Assembly (NCBI GenBank): GCA_036732165.1
Contig: DAINCX010000003.1
Location: 16,685 to 80,684 of the forward strand
From: Candidatus Dormiibacterota bacterium
GTDB lineage: Bacteria > Chloroflexota > Dormibacteria > CF-121
Reading direction: 5' to 3'
DNA length: 64,000 bases
The notes beneath the pieces were generated by a model. That model was not told where the DNA came from. It made no database searches and was given only the letters and a program-made list of their open reading frames with translations. Positions 30,186-39,902 of this stretch are shown in pieces. The translations under genes and the position numbers were made by a program. The stretch's first letter is position 1. Each line of letters begins with the position of its first letter.

Positions 30186-31241
30186 CTACTCGGTGGCGAA
30201 TGGCCAGACGGCGCGTCCGGCGGCCGTCGCGTCGATGCCGGCGACCGTCGACCCGCGCACGACCAGCTTCGGGTTGAAGACCACCCGGCGCTGCCTGGGC
30301 TCGCCACTATCGATTTGCTCCAGCAGCAAGCCGGCCGCGACGGTTCCAAGCTCGTGGATTGGCACGTGCACCGTCGTCAGCCCGGGCACCAACCGGCTGG
30401 CCAGGGGAATATCGTTGTAGCCGACGATGGCGACATCCTCCGGGATGCGGAGCCCCATCCGGCGCACGGCCCCGAAGGCGCCGACCGCCGTCATGTCGGT
30501 GACGGCAAAGATGGCGGACGGCGGCGACGCGAGCGAGAGCAGTCGCTCGGTGGCGCTGGCACCCCCCGCTTCGGAATAGCCGGCCTCGACGACCAAGCGG
30601 GGATCGGGTTCCAGCCCCCGGGTGCCCAGCTCCTCGAGGTAGCCACGCCGCCGAAGGATCCCGGTGCTGACCGTCGGCTTGCCCGCCAGGTGGCCGATCC
30701 GATGGTGCCCGAGCTCGACCAGGTGGCCGGTCGCGGCCCGCGCGCCGCGCAGGTCGTCGGATCCGACGAAGGCGTCCTGACCCTCATCGCTGAATCGGTT
30801 GACGAGCACGAAGGGGATCCGCTCCTCGCGCAGCCAGCGGACGGTCGGATCCTCGAGATAGGTGCTGGCAAGGATGACGCCGTCAACCCGGCGTGCGTGC
30901 AGGCTCTGCAGGTGGGAGTGCTGGCGCTCCGGGCTGCCGTCGGTGTTGCAGAGGAGGACGTTGTAGCCGCGCGGTGCCGCCCCATCCTCGACCCCCCGGA
31001 AGAGCGCCGCAAAGAAGGGGTTGGTCACATCCGGGATGACCACGGCAAGCACCAGGCTCTGGCGCAGCTTCAGGCCGCGGGCCACGCCGTTGGGACGGTA
31101 ATCGGTTTCCCGCAACAGCGCCTCGATCCGGCTGCGGGTCTCCGCCGCGATTCGCAGTCGCGGGTCACGATTGGCAACGCGCGAGACGGTGGAGGGATGG
31201 ACGCGGGCCCGGGCCGCCAGTTGTTTCAGCGTGACCGGCAT
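30186..31241 (-). CDS. LacI family transcriptional regulator
   Basis: TLKQLAARARVHPSTVSRV HTH, YRPNGVARGL, VVIPDVTNPFF, IVGYND. Confidence 0.93.
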   Translation of the reverse strand: MPVTLKQLAARARVHPSTVSRVANRDPRLRIAAETRSRIEALLRETDYRPNGVARGLKLRQSLVLAVVIPDVTNPFFAALFRGVEDGAAPRGYNVLLCNTDGSPERQHSHLQSLHARRVDGVILASTYLEDPTVRWLREERIPFVLVNRFSDEGQDAFVGSDDLRGARAATGHLVELGHHRIGHLAGKPTVSTGILRRRGYLEELGTRGLEPDPRLVVEAGYSEAGGASATERLLSLASPPSAIFAVTDMTAVGAFGAVRRMGLRIPEDVAIVGYNDIPLASRLVPGLTTVHVPIHELGTVAAGLLLEQIDSGEPRQRRVVFNPKLVVRGSTVAGIDATAAGRAVWPFATE

Positions 31242-31254
31242 GCGGCACCCGTCA

Positions 31255-31299
31255 TTGACATTCGTTTTCCCCGTGCCTAACATAGGGCAATCGTTTGTC
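31255..31299 (+). promoter_or_regulatory. promoter plus LacI-type operator of the rightward operon
   Basis: TTGACA-N17-TAACAT followed by GCAATCGTTTGTC (31287-31299), a 12/13 match to the 30131 site. Confidence 0.8.
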
Positions 31300-31345
31300 C
31301 AACGCAAGGGACTTTCGCGTTGAATCGAGCAGGAAGGGAGGGAGC

Positions 31346-32572
31346 ATGCGTAAGTCCGTTTTGATGAGCCTGGCGGGGTTCGCCCTGATTCTCTGCGCCT
31401 GTGGCAATGGCACGGGCTCGACCGGCGGCTCGCCGCAGGCCGCGGCGCCGATCACCATCGGGGTTTCGCTCTCGCTCAGCGGCGACTTCTCGGGCGATGG
31501 AAAAGCGTTGAAGCAGGGCTACGACCTGTGGGCCCAGGACATCAATGCAAAAGGCGGGTTGCTCGGACACAAGGTCACCATGAAATACGTGGATGATGCC
31601 AGCAACACGCAGCAGGTCGTGACCAATTACCAGAGCCTGATCACCCAGGACAAGGTCGCGCTCGTCTTCGGACCCTTCAGTTCCCTGTTGACGATCCCGG
31701 CTTCCACGGTGACCGACCGCTATAACTATGCCTTCCCGGAGCCGGCCGGCGGTGGCCCGCAGGTCTTCGCGCGCGGCCTGCACAGCATCTTCTTTGTGCA
31801 ACCCGCCGCTGTCGAGGACAACCTGGTCAGCTATACGAAATGGCTGCTCGCGCTCCCCACCGGACAGCGGCCGAAAACTGCCGCCTACGCCACGCAGGAC
31901 GATCCGTTCACCCAACCGCAGGTCGACAAGGCGAAAAAATTGCTCGAGGCCGGCGGCGTCAGCACCGCCTCCTACAAGGTGTACCCGGCGGAGACCACGG
32001 ACTTCACGGCGCTGGCCTTGCAGGTCGTCCATTCCAACGCCGACGTCGTCATCCTGGGCACCCAGGAACCTGATGCCGTGGCCTTCGTCAAGACCTTCCA
32101 GCAACAGCATTACAACCCGAAGTCCCTGATCGAGACCACCGGTCCGGACCAGGGCAAGGACTTTGCCGACAAGGTCGGCGCCGCCAATACGGAGGGCATC
32201 ATGGTGCCCGCGGGCTGGACGCCGCAGGCGAAAGCGTATGGCAACTCCACCTTCGTCAACGAGTTCGTCGCGAAGTATGGCGGGCAGCCAGGCGACATCA
32301 GTGCCGACGCGGCCGAGGCCTACAGCGTCGGCCAGGTCGTGGACCAGGGGTCCAAGAAAGCCAACAGCATCGACAACAAGGCCTTGATCACCGCCCTGCA
32401 TTCCGGCACGTACGAGACCGTCCAGGGGCCGATGTCCTTCGACAGCAGCGGCAAGCCGCAGGGTGGGGTCGGGGTCTACATCGAGCAGTGGCAGGGAGGT
32501 CAGGCGGTCTTCGTCTATCCGCCGACCGTCGCCAGCGGCAAGCCCCAGTATCCGAAGCCCAACTGGCCGTAA
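31346..32572 (+). CDS. Liv-type ABC transporter substrate-binding lipoprotein
   Basis: Signal peptide with lipobox-like ILCAC; IGVSLSLSG, INAKGGLLG, DDAS, FGPFSS. Confidence 0.9.
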   Translation: MRKSVLMSLAGFALILCACGNGTGSTGGSPQAAAPITIGVSLSLSGDFSGDGKALKQGYDLWAQDINAKGGLLGHKVTMKYVDDASNTQQVVTNYQSLITQDKVALVFGPFSSLLTIPASTVTDRYNYAFPEPAGGGPQVFARGLHSIFFVQPAAVEDNLVSYTKWLLALPTGQRPKTAAYATQDDPFTQPQVDKAKKLLEAGGVSTASYKVYPAETTDFTALALQVVHSNADVVILGTQEPDAVAFVKTFQQQHYNPKSLIETTGPDQGKDFADKVGAANTEGIMVPAGWTPQAKAYGNSTFVNEFVAKYGGQPGDISADAAEAYSVGQVVDQGSKKANSIDNKALITALHSGTYETVQGPMSFDSSGKPQGGVGVYIEQWQGGQAVFVYPPTVASGKPQYPKPNWP

Positions 32573-32632
32573 CCAGAGTCAGGGGACGGTGACCAGCCGG
32601 CGCCGTCCCCACCGGGTGCGCCCGGCCGCGCG

Positions 32633-33508
32633 ATGAGTCTCGTCATCGAGGCCGCCGTCCTCGGCGTCCTCACCGGCGGTGTCTACGCGTTGATGGCCTC
32701 CGGCCTGACGCTCATCTTCGGCGTGATGCGCATCATCAATGTCGGGCACGGTGCGCTGGTCGTCCTGGGCGCCTACCTCAGCTTCGCGCTCTTCCGGTCG
32801 ATCCATATGGATCCGTTTCTCAGTCTTGTCATCACCATGCCGGTGATGTTCGCGATCGGCGTGGCGCTGCAACTCGTCTTCGTGCGACCACTCAAGACGG
32901 ATCGCGAAGCGCTCTCCGTCCTGGTCACCTACGCGCTTGCCCTGGGGATCGAGGGCACCCTCGGCTACGTCTTCACTACCAACTATGTCGAGCTGCGCGG
33001 CTGGTATGAAACGGCCAGCTTTGCCGTCTTTGGCTTCCATATCACCTACGTGTACGTTTTTGGCTTTCTCCTGTGCGTCGCGATCCTCCTGGCGTTGTTT
33101 CTCATGCTGTACCGCACCAGCTTCGGCGGCGCGATCCGCGCGACGATGCTGAACCGGACCGCGGCCCAGTTGATCGGCGTCGATGTCGACCGGGTTTCGG
33201 CGCTCGCCTTCGGCGTCGGGGTTGCCACGGCAGCGGCCGGCGGCGTGGTCTTCGGGGTCACCAACGCCTTCAATCCGGGCAGCCATTACGATCTGATCTC
33301 GCGACTGCTCACGATCATCGTGCTGGGCGGTCTCGGCAGCCTGCGCGGAGCGATCCTGGCCGCCCTGATCATGCTGGTGACCGAGGACGTGACCTCGGTC
33401 GTCATCTCGCCGGTCTGGGCGAGCTTCGCGTTCTTCGTGATTCTCGTCGCGGTATTGATCGTACGGCCGCAGGGCCTCTATGGCGTCCGCGCCCGGGACC
33501 GCATATGA
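32633..33508 (+). CDS. Liv-type ABC permease (LivH-like)
   Basis: YALMASGLTLIFGVMRIINVGHG, IVLGGLGS. Confidence 0.92.
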   Translation: MSLVIEAAVLGVLTGGVYALMASGLTLIFGVMRIINVGHGALVVLGAYLSFALFRSIHMDPFLSLVITMPVMFAIGVALQLVFVRPLKTDREALSVLVTYALALGIEGTLGYVFTTNYVELRGWYETASFAVFGFHITYVYVFGFLLCVAILLALFLMLYRTSFGGAIRATMLNRTAAQLIGVDVDRVSALAFGVGVATAAAGGVVFGVTNAFNPGSHYDLISRLLTIIVLGGLGSLRGAILAALIMLVTEDVTSVVISPVWASFAFFVILVAVLIVRPQGLYGVRARDRI

Positions 33509-34503
33509 CGGTTGGCCCGATGCACGTTGGGCTCCCCCGCATGGCGCTGATCAAGGCGCTGGGGTTGGTCGTGCTCGCGGTCGCGGCGCTGATGCTGCCG
33601 CTGATCGCACCCGACCCGGGGACGACCAACATCGCGGTCTTCACGATGATGTACGTGGGACTGGCGACCGCCTGGAACATCATGGGAGGCTACACCGGCT
33701 ACATTTCCCTCGGGCACGCCGCCTTTTTTGGCTTCGGGGCGTACGCGCTGGGCCTCCTCCTCGTTCACCTCAATATCACGCCGGGCTATGCGCCCTTCCT
33801 CCTGGTTCCCGTGGCTGGGCTGCTGACGGCCGTGCTCGCCGTGGGCATCGGCTGGATCGCCTTGAGGACACGGGCGGCGACCTTCGTCATCGTGACCATC
33901 GCCTTCATGTTCATGCTCCAGCTCCTGGCGGAGAACCTTGTCACGCTGACGGGCGGCGGAGCCGGGCTGGGGTTGCCATACCCGCACGATTGGGGTGGCG
34001 ACTTCTTCAACACCCCGTACTACTACGCGATGCTCGCGCTGGCCGTCCTCGCGCTGGCGGTCTCCTGGTGGATTCGCCGGTCGAAGTTCGGGCTCGGCTT
34101 GCTGGCGATCCGCGACGATGAGGACAAGGCGCTGGCCGTTGGCGTCCGAACTCGTGCCTTCAAGCTCACCGCTTACGTAGCCAGCGCGGCGATCGTCGGC
34201 ATGATCGGCGGCGTGTACGGCTACTACGTGACCTATATCTACCCGCAGTTCGTCATCGACCCACTGATCGGCCTATCGATGGTGCTGATGGCGTTTCTTG
34301 GCGGCCTGGGCACGCTGAGCGGTCCCGTAATCGGTGCCGTCCTGCTCGAGCCGACGCAGCTCGAGTTCGCCTATCGGTTCGGCGCCAGCCGGTTGTACCT
34401 CGTCTTCTATGCGGCGGTCTTTCTCACCGTCATCCTCCTGCTGCCTCGTGGCATCGTGCCGTCGGTCGCCGACCTGGTCCGGCGTCGGCGACTGTCGCCA
34501 TGA
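33505..34503 (+). CDS. Liv-type ABC permease (LivM-like)
   Basis: WNIMGGYTGYISLGHAAFFG, AIRDDE, FLGGLGTLSGP; ATGA overlap. Confidence 0.92.
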   Translation: MTVGPMHVGLPRMALIKALGLVVLAVAALMLPLIAPDPGTTNIAVFTMMYVGLATAWNIMGGYTGYISLGHAAFFGFGAYALGLLLVHLNITPGYAPFLLVPVAGLLTAVLAVGIGWIALRTRAATFVIVTIAFMFMLQLLAENLVTLTGGGAGLGLPYPHDWGGDFFNTPYYYAMLALAVLALAVSWWIRRSKFGLGLLAIRDDEDKALAVGVRTRAFKLTAYVASAAIVGMIGGVYGYYVTYIYPQFVIDPLIGLSMVLMAFLGGLGTLSGPVIGAVLLEPTQLEFAYRFGASRLYLVFYAAVFLTVILLLPRGIVPSVADLVRRRRLSP

Positions 34504-35231
34504 GCCTGCTCGAAGTCGACAACCTTTCCCGGCGATTCGGCGGCGTGCTGGCGGTCGACGGATGCACCCTCGCGGTGGAGGCCGGCAGCATCACCGGGTT
34601 GATCGGCCCGAACGGCTCCGGGAAGACGACGGTCTTCAACCTCGTCACGGGCTTTATTCCCCGGGACAGTGGCGACATCCGGTTCAAGGCCCGATCCATC
34701 GCCGGCCTTGGGCCCGACCGAATCTACGGCCTCGGCATCGCCCGCACCTTTCAGCTGGCGAGGATCTTTCCTCGGCTGACCGCCCTCGAGAACATGCTCG
34801 TCCCGGTGCGGCGAGCCGGCCTGGGCGGGCTGTTCGCCCGCGCCCAACGGGGGCATGAGAAGGCTCGCGCGATGGAGATGCTCGAGTTCATGGAGATCAG
34901 TCATGTCGCCGGAACCCTCGGCGGCGCGCTCTCCTACGGGCAGCGCAAGCTGCTGGAGCTGGGTGCGGTGATGATGGCGGCCCCCGAGCTGGTCCTGCTC
35001 GACGAGCCTGCCGGTGGCGTCAACCCGGCGCTGCTGGAGCGGATCGCCGACCACCTCAGGCGGCTGAACCGGCAGGGGGTCACCTTCCTGCTGGTGGAAC
35101 ACAACATGAGCTTCGTGATGCAGCTGTGCCACGATGTGGTGGTCCTCAATGCGGGGCGTCCGATCGCGAAGGGCACGCCGCAAGCGGTGCGGGCGGATCC
35201 CGCCGTCCTCGATGCCTACCTGGGCGCCTGA
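34500..35231 (+). CDS. Liv-type ABC ATPase (LivG-like)
   Basis: GPNGSGKT, LSYGQRK, LLDEPAGG, EHNM. Confidence 0.93.
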   Translation: MSLLEVDNLSRRFGGVLAVDGCTLAVEAGSITGLIGPNGSGKTTVFNLVTGFIPRDSGDIRFKARSIAGLGPDRIYGLGIARTFQLARIFPRLTALENMLVPVRRAGLGGLFARAQRGHEKARAMEMLEFMEISHVAGTLGGALSYGQRKLLELGAVMMAAPELVLLDEPAGGVNPALLERIADHLRRLNRQGVTFLLVEHNMSFVMQLCHDVVVLNAGRPIAKGTPQAVRADPAVLDAYLGA

Positions 35232-35951
35232 ATGACCGAGCTTCTGCACCTCCAGGGCGTGACCGCCGGCTACGGAGGCGGCGATATCTTGCAGGAGCTG
35301 GATCTCTCCGTCGAACGTGGCGCCATCACCTGCATCGTCGGTCCCAATGGCGCCGGCAAGTCGACCGTGTTGCGCGTCGTCAGCGGCTTGCTTCGCCCGC
35401 GGCTCGGCGGGGTTCGTTTCCGTGGAGTGTCGATCGTCGGCATGAGCCCGCGCGCCATCCTTGGCCTGGGGATCGTGCACGTGCCGCAAGAACGGAGCCT
35501 GTTTCCGACCATGTCGGTCTGGGAGAACGTGCGCATGGGGGCCTATACCGTGCGTGACCAGGCCCTCGTGGAGCGCCGGTTGGAGGCCGTGTGTGACAGT
35601 TTTCCGATCGTCCGCGAACGCCGCCGGGACCTGGCGGCGTCGCTCTCCGGCGGACAGCAGAAGATCGTGGAGTTCGCTCGGGCCTTGATGCTGGATCCGG
35701 TGCTGGTCCTCCTCGATGAGCCGTCCATGGGCCTCGATCCCAAGACGCGATCGTTGGTGTTCGAGACCATCCGCACCATGAACCAGGCGGGGAGGACCCT
35801 CCTGCTGGTCGAGCAGAATGCGCGATCCGGGCTCGGGCTGGCCAGCCACGGCGTGGTGCTGGAGAGTGGCCGGGTGCGGCTGGAGGGGGAGGGGGCAGCC
35901 GTCCTCGCCAATCCGGAGATCGGCCGGCTCTACCTTGGGGCGACGGCATGA
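35232..35951 (+). CDS. Liv-type ABC ATPase (LivF-like)
   Basis: GPNGAGKS, LSGGQQ, LLDEPSMGL, VEQN. Confidence 0.93.
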   Translation: MTELLHLQGVTAGYGGGDILQELDLSVERGAITCIVGPNGAGKSTVLRVVSGLLRPRLGGVRFRGVSIVGMSPRAILGLGIVHVPQERSLFPTMSVWENVRMGAYTVRDQALVERRLEAVCDSFPIVRERRRDLAASLSGGQQKIVEFARALMLDPVLVLLDEPSMGLDPKTRSLVFETIRTMNQAGRTLLLVEQNARSGLGLASHGVVLESGRVRLEGEGAAVLANPEIGRLYLGATA

Positions 35952-37573
35952 GCGCGTGGGACGTCATCGTCGCCGGCGCTGGCCACAACAGCTTGCTGAC
36001 GGCGGCCTACGCCGCGCGAGCCGGCTTCAAGGTCCTGGTCCTCGAAGGCGCTGACCGGATCGGGGGGGATACCGCGTGCGAGGAACTCACGCTGCCCGGC
36101 TTCATCCACGACCCGTGCTCAACGGCGCACAACCTGATCCAGAGCAACCCGCTGATGCGGGACAACGAGTTGCAGCTCGATCGCTACGGCCTGCGCTACC
36201 TCTACCCGGACCCGGTCTTCACGATGCCATTCCGCGACGGGCGCAGCATCACCATGTGGCGGGATCTCGATCGCACCTGCGCTGAGCTGGCGCGCTTCTC
36301 CAGCCGAGATGCGGACGCCTACCGGCGGTTGCTGCAGGACTGGCAGTCGATGGCCCCGGTCGTCAACGACGAGCGCGAGAACGCTCCGCGGCCCCCGGAC
36401 GAGGTGATCGCGCGAACCCGGGCGAGCGCCGTGGGTGAGGCGATGCTCGCGATCCGGCAGTCGAGCGCGCTCGAGGTGATCGAGGAACGCTTCGAAGAGG
36501 AGCACGTCCGGGCGTTCTTCGCCTGGATCGCCTTCATGACGCTGCATCCACTCGACGAGCCCGACAGCGGGCTGATGGCGTTCTCACTGGTCGCCGGGCG
36601 GCAGCGCTTCTCCTGGATTCTGCCTGAGGGGGGCTCGGATCGCCTTCCAAAGGCCCTGGCGCGAATCGTCGAGGAGCACGGCGGCACGATCCTGACCTCG
36701 GCGCCGGTGAGCAGGATCGTGGTCGAGGGTGGCCGGGCGACCGGCGTCGTCACGGCCGATGGCGCCAGCTACTCGGCTCGCAAGGCGGTCGTGTCCACCA
36801 TCCACCTGACCCAGCTCCCTGGCATCGTTGGCGAGGAGAATCTGGCGCCCGCCTACCGCGCCGGGATTGCGCGGTGGAAACCGAGCGTCAGCATGTTTGC
36901 CAGTCACTATGCGCTCAGTGAGGCGCCGCGCTTCAACGCGGAAGGCGGCGCGATGGAAAGCGTGACCATGGGCGGGCTCGACTCGCTGAGCTCGCTTCGT
37001 CGCATGCTCGCGGCCTATCGCCTCGGGCGAGTCGACCTCGAGCAACCGGTCCTCCTCGCCATCACCCCGACCGTGATCGATCCCTCCCGGGCGCCGGCGG
37101 GCAAGCACACCTTCAAGCTGATCAGCTTCCTGCCGTACGAGCTCATGGAGGGGCCAGCGCACTGGGACGCGATCAAGGAGCAGGTCGCGGATCGCCTCTT
37201 CGAGGCCCTGGCTCCGATGACGGCCAACCTGTCGACGCGCATCGTGCTCGGTCGCCACGTCGCCAGCCCCCTCGACATGGAGCGGCGGAATCCCGCCAAC
37301 TGGCGCGGGTCCTGTCACGGCGGCGCCAGCACAGCGGACCAGAGCGGATACCTCCGTCCCGTCGAGGGCTGGTCATCCTACCGGACACCGGTTGAGGCCC
37401 TGTACCAGACGGGGGCCTGCACCCACCCCGGTGGTTCCGTGTCTGGCCTGCCCGGGCGGAATTGCGCGACCGTGCTACTCAACGATCTCGGCTCGAGCTT
37501 GCAAGCGGCCATCCATCCTCGAGCGGCCAGTACCCTGATGGCCCAGGGCTCATGCCGGGAGAAGGTGGAATGA
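35948..37573 (+). CDS. FAD-dependent oxidoreductase, phytoene-desaturase-like family
   Basis: DVIVAGAGHNSL, IGG...EELTLPGF.HD, SPLDMER, LYQTGACTHPGGSVSGLPG. Confidence 0.88.
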   Translation: MSAWDVIVAGAGHNSLLTAAYAARAGFKVLVLEGADRIGGDTACEELTLPGFIHDPCSTAHNLIQSNPLMRDNELQLDRYGLRYLYPDPVFTMPFRDGRSITMWRDLDRTCAELARFSSRDADAYRRLLQDWQSMAPVVNDERENAPRPPDEVIARTRASAVGEAMLAIRQSSALEVIEERFEEEHVRAFFAWIAFMTLHPLDEPDSGLMAFSLVAGRQRFSWILPEGGSDRLPKALARIVEEHGGTILTSAPVSRIVVEGGRATGVVTADGASYSARKAVVSTIHLTQLPGIVGEENLAPAYRAGIARWKPSVSMFASHYALSEAPRFNAEGGAMESVTMGGLDSLSSLRRMLAAYRLGRVDLEQPVLLAITPTVIDPSRAPAGKHTFKLISFLPYELMEGPAHWDAIKEQVADRLFEALAPMTANLSTRIVLGRHVASPLDMERRNPANWRGSCHGGASTADQSGYLRPVEGWSSYRTPVEALYQTGACTHPGGSVSGLPGRNCATVLLNDLGSSLQAAIHPRAASTLMAQGSCREKVE

Positions 37574-38640
37574 ACGTCGAAACGACCAATCGCGTGCAGG
37601 TGGCCGCCCATCACTGGCGTCCTCGCTTCGTTGCCAACGGGATCGACGTCAACGACTTCGACGACACGGTGGCGAAGACGACCGAGTGGAAAGACTGGGG
37701 CCCCAACTGGCTGGCGGTCGGCGAGATGCACGAGGCCCTCGGCCGCGAGGCCGAGCAGCACGGCCGCACCCTCTCCGCAACCCAGGCATACCAGCGGGCG
37801 GCCTGGTGCTACCACCTGGGGAAGTTCCTGTGGTTTGAAGACCTCGCGGTGCATGGCGACCTGCGGGACCGGTCGGTCGCGATCTATCGCAGGACGCTCC
37901 CGAACCTGGACCCGCCGGCCGAGCGGCTAGAGATTCCCTTCGAGGGCCAGGTCATTCCCGGGCACCTGCGGCGCCCTGCAGGGAATAGCCGGCCAGGCCT
38001 CGTCCTCCTTGTTCCCGGGCTCGACTCCTCGAAGGAGGAGCTTTTCGTGATGGAAGAGGACTTCCTGCGTCGGGGGATGGCGACCCTCACCATCGATGGC
38101 CCGGGTCAATCCGAGAACTCGGTCCACTTCCCGATCCGGGTCAACTGGGAATCGGTGATCACCCCGGTCCTGGACGATCTCGAGCGCCGCGACCTGGGCC
38201 TGGACCTCCGGCGGATCGGTCTGATGGGCATCAGCATGGGCGCGATCTACGGGCCGCGGGCGGCGGCCCACGAGAAACGTCTTACGGCGGTGGTCGGGCT
38301 TTCCGGACCGTACAACCTCGGCGACTGCTGGGACGCCTTGAATCCGCTCACGCGGGGCGGGTATGTCTTCTACACGAAGTCCGCGAACGAGGCCGAGGCG
38401 AAGCGCAAGGCCTACACCCTCAATCTCGAAGGCGTCCTCGACAAGGTGACGCAACCCCTGCTCGTCATTCACGGCGCCCGCGACCGCCTCTTCCCCCCGG
38501 CGCAGGCCGAGCGGATTGCGCGGGAGGCCCGCAACGCGACCCTAGTGATGTACCCGGATGGGAACCACGTCTGCAACAACATTTCCTACAAATACCGGCC
38601 GCTGATGGCGGACTGGATGCGCGAGCAGCTCCACCGGTAG
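37570..38640 (+). CDS. alpha/beta hydrolase, 2,6-dihydroxypseudooxynicotine hydrolase-like
   Basis: PGLDSSKEE, IDGPGQ.E, GISMG nucleophile, GNHVCNN; ATGA overlap. Confidence 0.85.
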   Translation: MNVETTNRVQVAAHHWRPRFVANGIDVNDFDDTVAKTTEWKDWGPNWLAVGEMHEALGREAEQHGRTLSATQAYQRAAWCYHLGKFLWFEDLAVHGDLRDRSVAIYRRTLPNLDPPAERLEIPFEGQVIPGHLRRPAGNSRPGLVLLVPGLDSSKEELFVMEEDFLRRGMATLTIDGPGQSENSVHFPIRVNWESVITPVLDDLERRDLGLDLRRIGLMGISMGAIYGPRAAAHEKRLTAVVGLSGPYNLGDCWDALNPLTRGGYVFYTKSANEAEAKRKAYTLNLEGVLDKVTQPLLVIHGARDRLFPPAQAERIAREARNATLVMYPDGNHVCNNISYKYRPLMADWMREQLHR

Positions 38641-38666
38641 CCGGCGGGAGGGGCCGGTTCACGAGA

Positions 38667-38694
38667 TTCTTGCCGCGTTCTCATGACCTTCTCA
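38667..38694 (+). promoter_or_regulatory. 11-bp-phased direct repeats, putative OmpR-family response-regulator site
   Basis: TTCTTG / TTCTCA / TTCTCA at 38667, 38678, 38689. Confidence 0.55.
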
Positions 38695-38749
38695 TCCATC
38701 CCGATCATGATGGGCTTGAGGCAATCTTGAACCAAGGAGAGTCATCCGT

Positions 38750-39415
38750 ATGAAGCTCAATCGCTGGGTCGCCGTCCCGGTTGCGGGAGCGGCGGCGCTC
38801 GTCATCGGCGTGGCGGCGGTTTCGGCCGCGCCATCACCGTCCCCCTCGGGGACGGGATCGACCAACTACGCGCAGGTGTTCGTCGACAAGCTCGCCGGCA
38901 TCCTCCATCTGAACCGGGCACAAACCCAGGACGCGCTCAAGCAGGCGCAGCTCCAGACGGTGGACCAGATGCTCAAGGACGGCCGCATCACGCAAGCGCA
39001 GGCCGACGCGATGAAGGCTCGAATCAATGCCGGGAATGGCCTCGGCGCGGTTCGTGGATTCGGTCGCGGCTTCGGCGGCGTTGGCGCCGATCGGACGCTG
39101 CTCCGCGATGTCACGACCGCCGAACTCAACGCGGCGGCCGGCGCCCTTCACCTGAGTGCCGCCGATCTGCAGGCACAGCTGAAGTCCGGGAAGTCGCTGG
39201 CCGACCTCGAAAAGGCCGCCAACGTGCCCGACGCGACCGTGAAGGCGGCGATGAAGGCGGCGGCGAAGGGTGTCCTCGACAAGGCGGTCAAGGCCGGGAC
39301 GATCACCCAGGACCAGGAGAACGCGGTCCTCGCGCGCGCGGGCCAAGGGTTCGGCTTTCGGCGTGTGAAGCCCATCCCGCAACAGACCCCGGCCAGCTTC
39401 TTCCAGCCCGCGTAA
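38750..39415 (+). CDS. exported Ala/Gly-rich helical protein (Spy/DUF2680-like architecture)
   Basis: Signal peptide; repeated DQMLKDGRITQAQAD / DKAVKAGTITQDQEN segments; SD AAGGAG. Confidence 0.75.
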   Translation: MKLNRWVAVPVAGAAALVIGVAAVSAAPSPSPSGTGSTNYAQVFVDKLAGILHLNRAQTQDALKQAQLQTVDQMLKDGRITQAQADAMKARINAGNGLGAVRGFGRGFGGVGADRTLLRDVTTAELNAAAGALHLSAADLQAQLKSGKSLADLEKAANVPDATVKAAMKAAAKGVLDKAVKAGTITQDQENAVLARAGQGFGFRRVKPIPQQTPASFFQPA

Positions 39416-39551
39416 CACGACGGCGCCCGAGGGATGGCCTGGCGTTCCAGGCCGCCTTCAGGGTGGTGGGTGACAAAGCGGCGACGGCTCGCCAACGGGT
39501 CGACGTCTCCTATAGCGCTGTAGCGTTGGGCGCCTACCGTGGGAGTGCGAG

Positions 39552-39902
39552 GTGCGGCATGTGAACCTGCTTCATGTCGTCGTCGGTGCGCTCGAGTTGC
39601 CACCCAACCCGGGGGAGCCCAACTTCTGGGGGCGACTGGTCGTCCTCCAGCTGATCTACTCCCTGGCCGGCCTCACGCTGGGCCTGGCCTGCGTCATCGG
39701 CGGGATCCTGCTCTTTTTCCATGGCGTGGTGGGATCGAGCAGTTGGGTTGGGCAGTTCATCGGTGTCCAGAGCAAGCTCTCAGATGCCGCGCCTGGCACG
39801 GTCCTGTTCGTGGTGGGACTTCTCGTCGTCTGGCTGACCCGGTTTGACGTCCGCGTCCGAAACCGTGGGCGGCTGCCGGAACGGCGGCGCCAGGCCAGCT
39901 AG
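39552..39902 (+). CDS. hypothetical membrane protein
   Basis: Two to three hydrophobic helices; GAGG-like SD. Confidence 0.6.
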   Translation: MRHVNLLHVVVGALELPPNPGEPNFWGRLVVLQLIYSLAGLTLGLACVIGGILLFFHGVVGSSSWVGQFIGVQSKLSDAAPGTVLFVVGLLVVWLTRFDVRVRNRGRLPERRRQAS

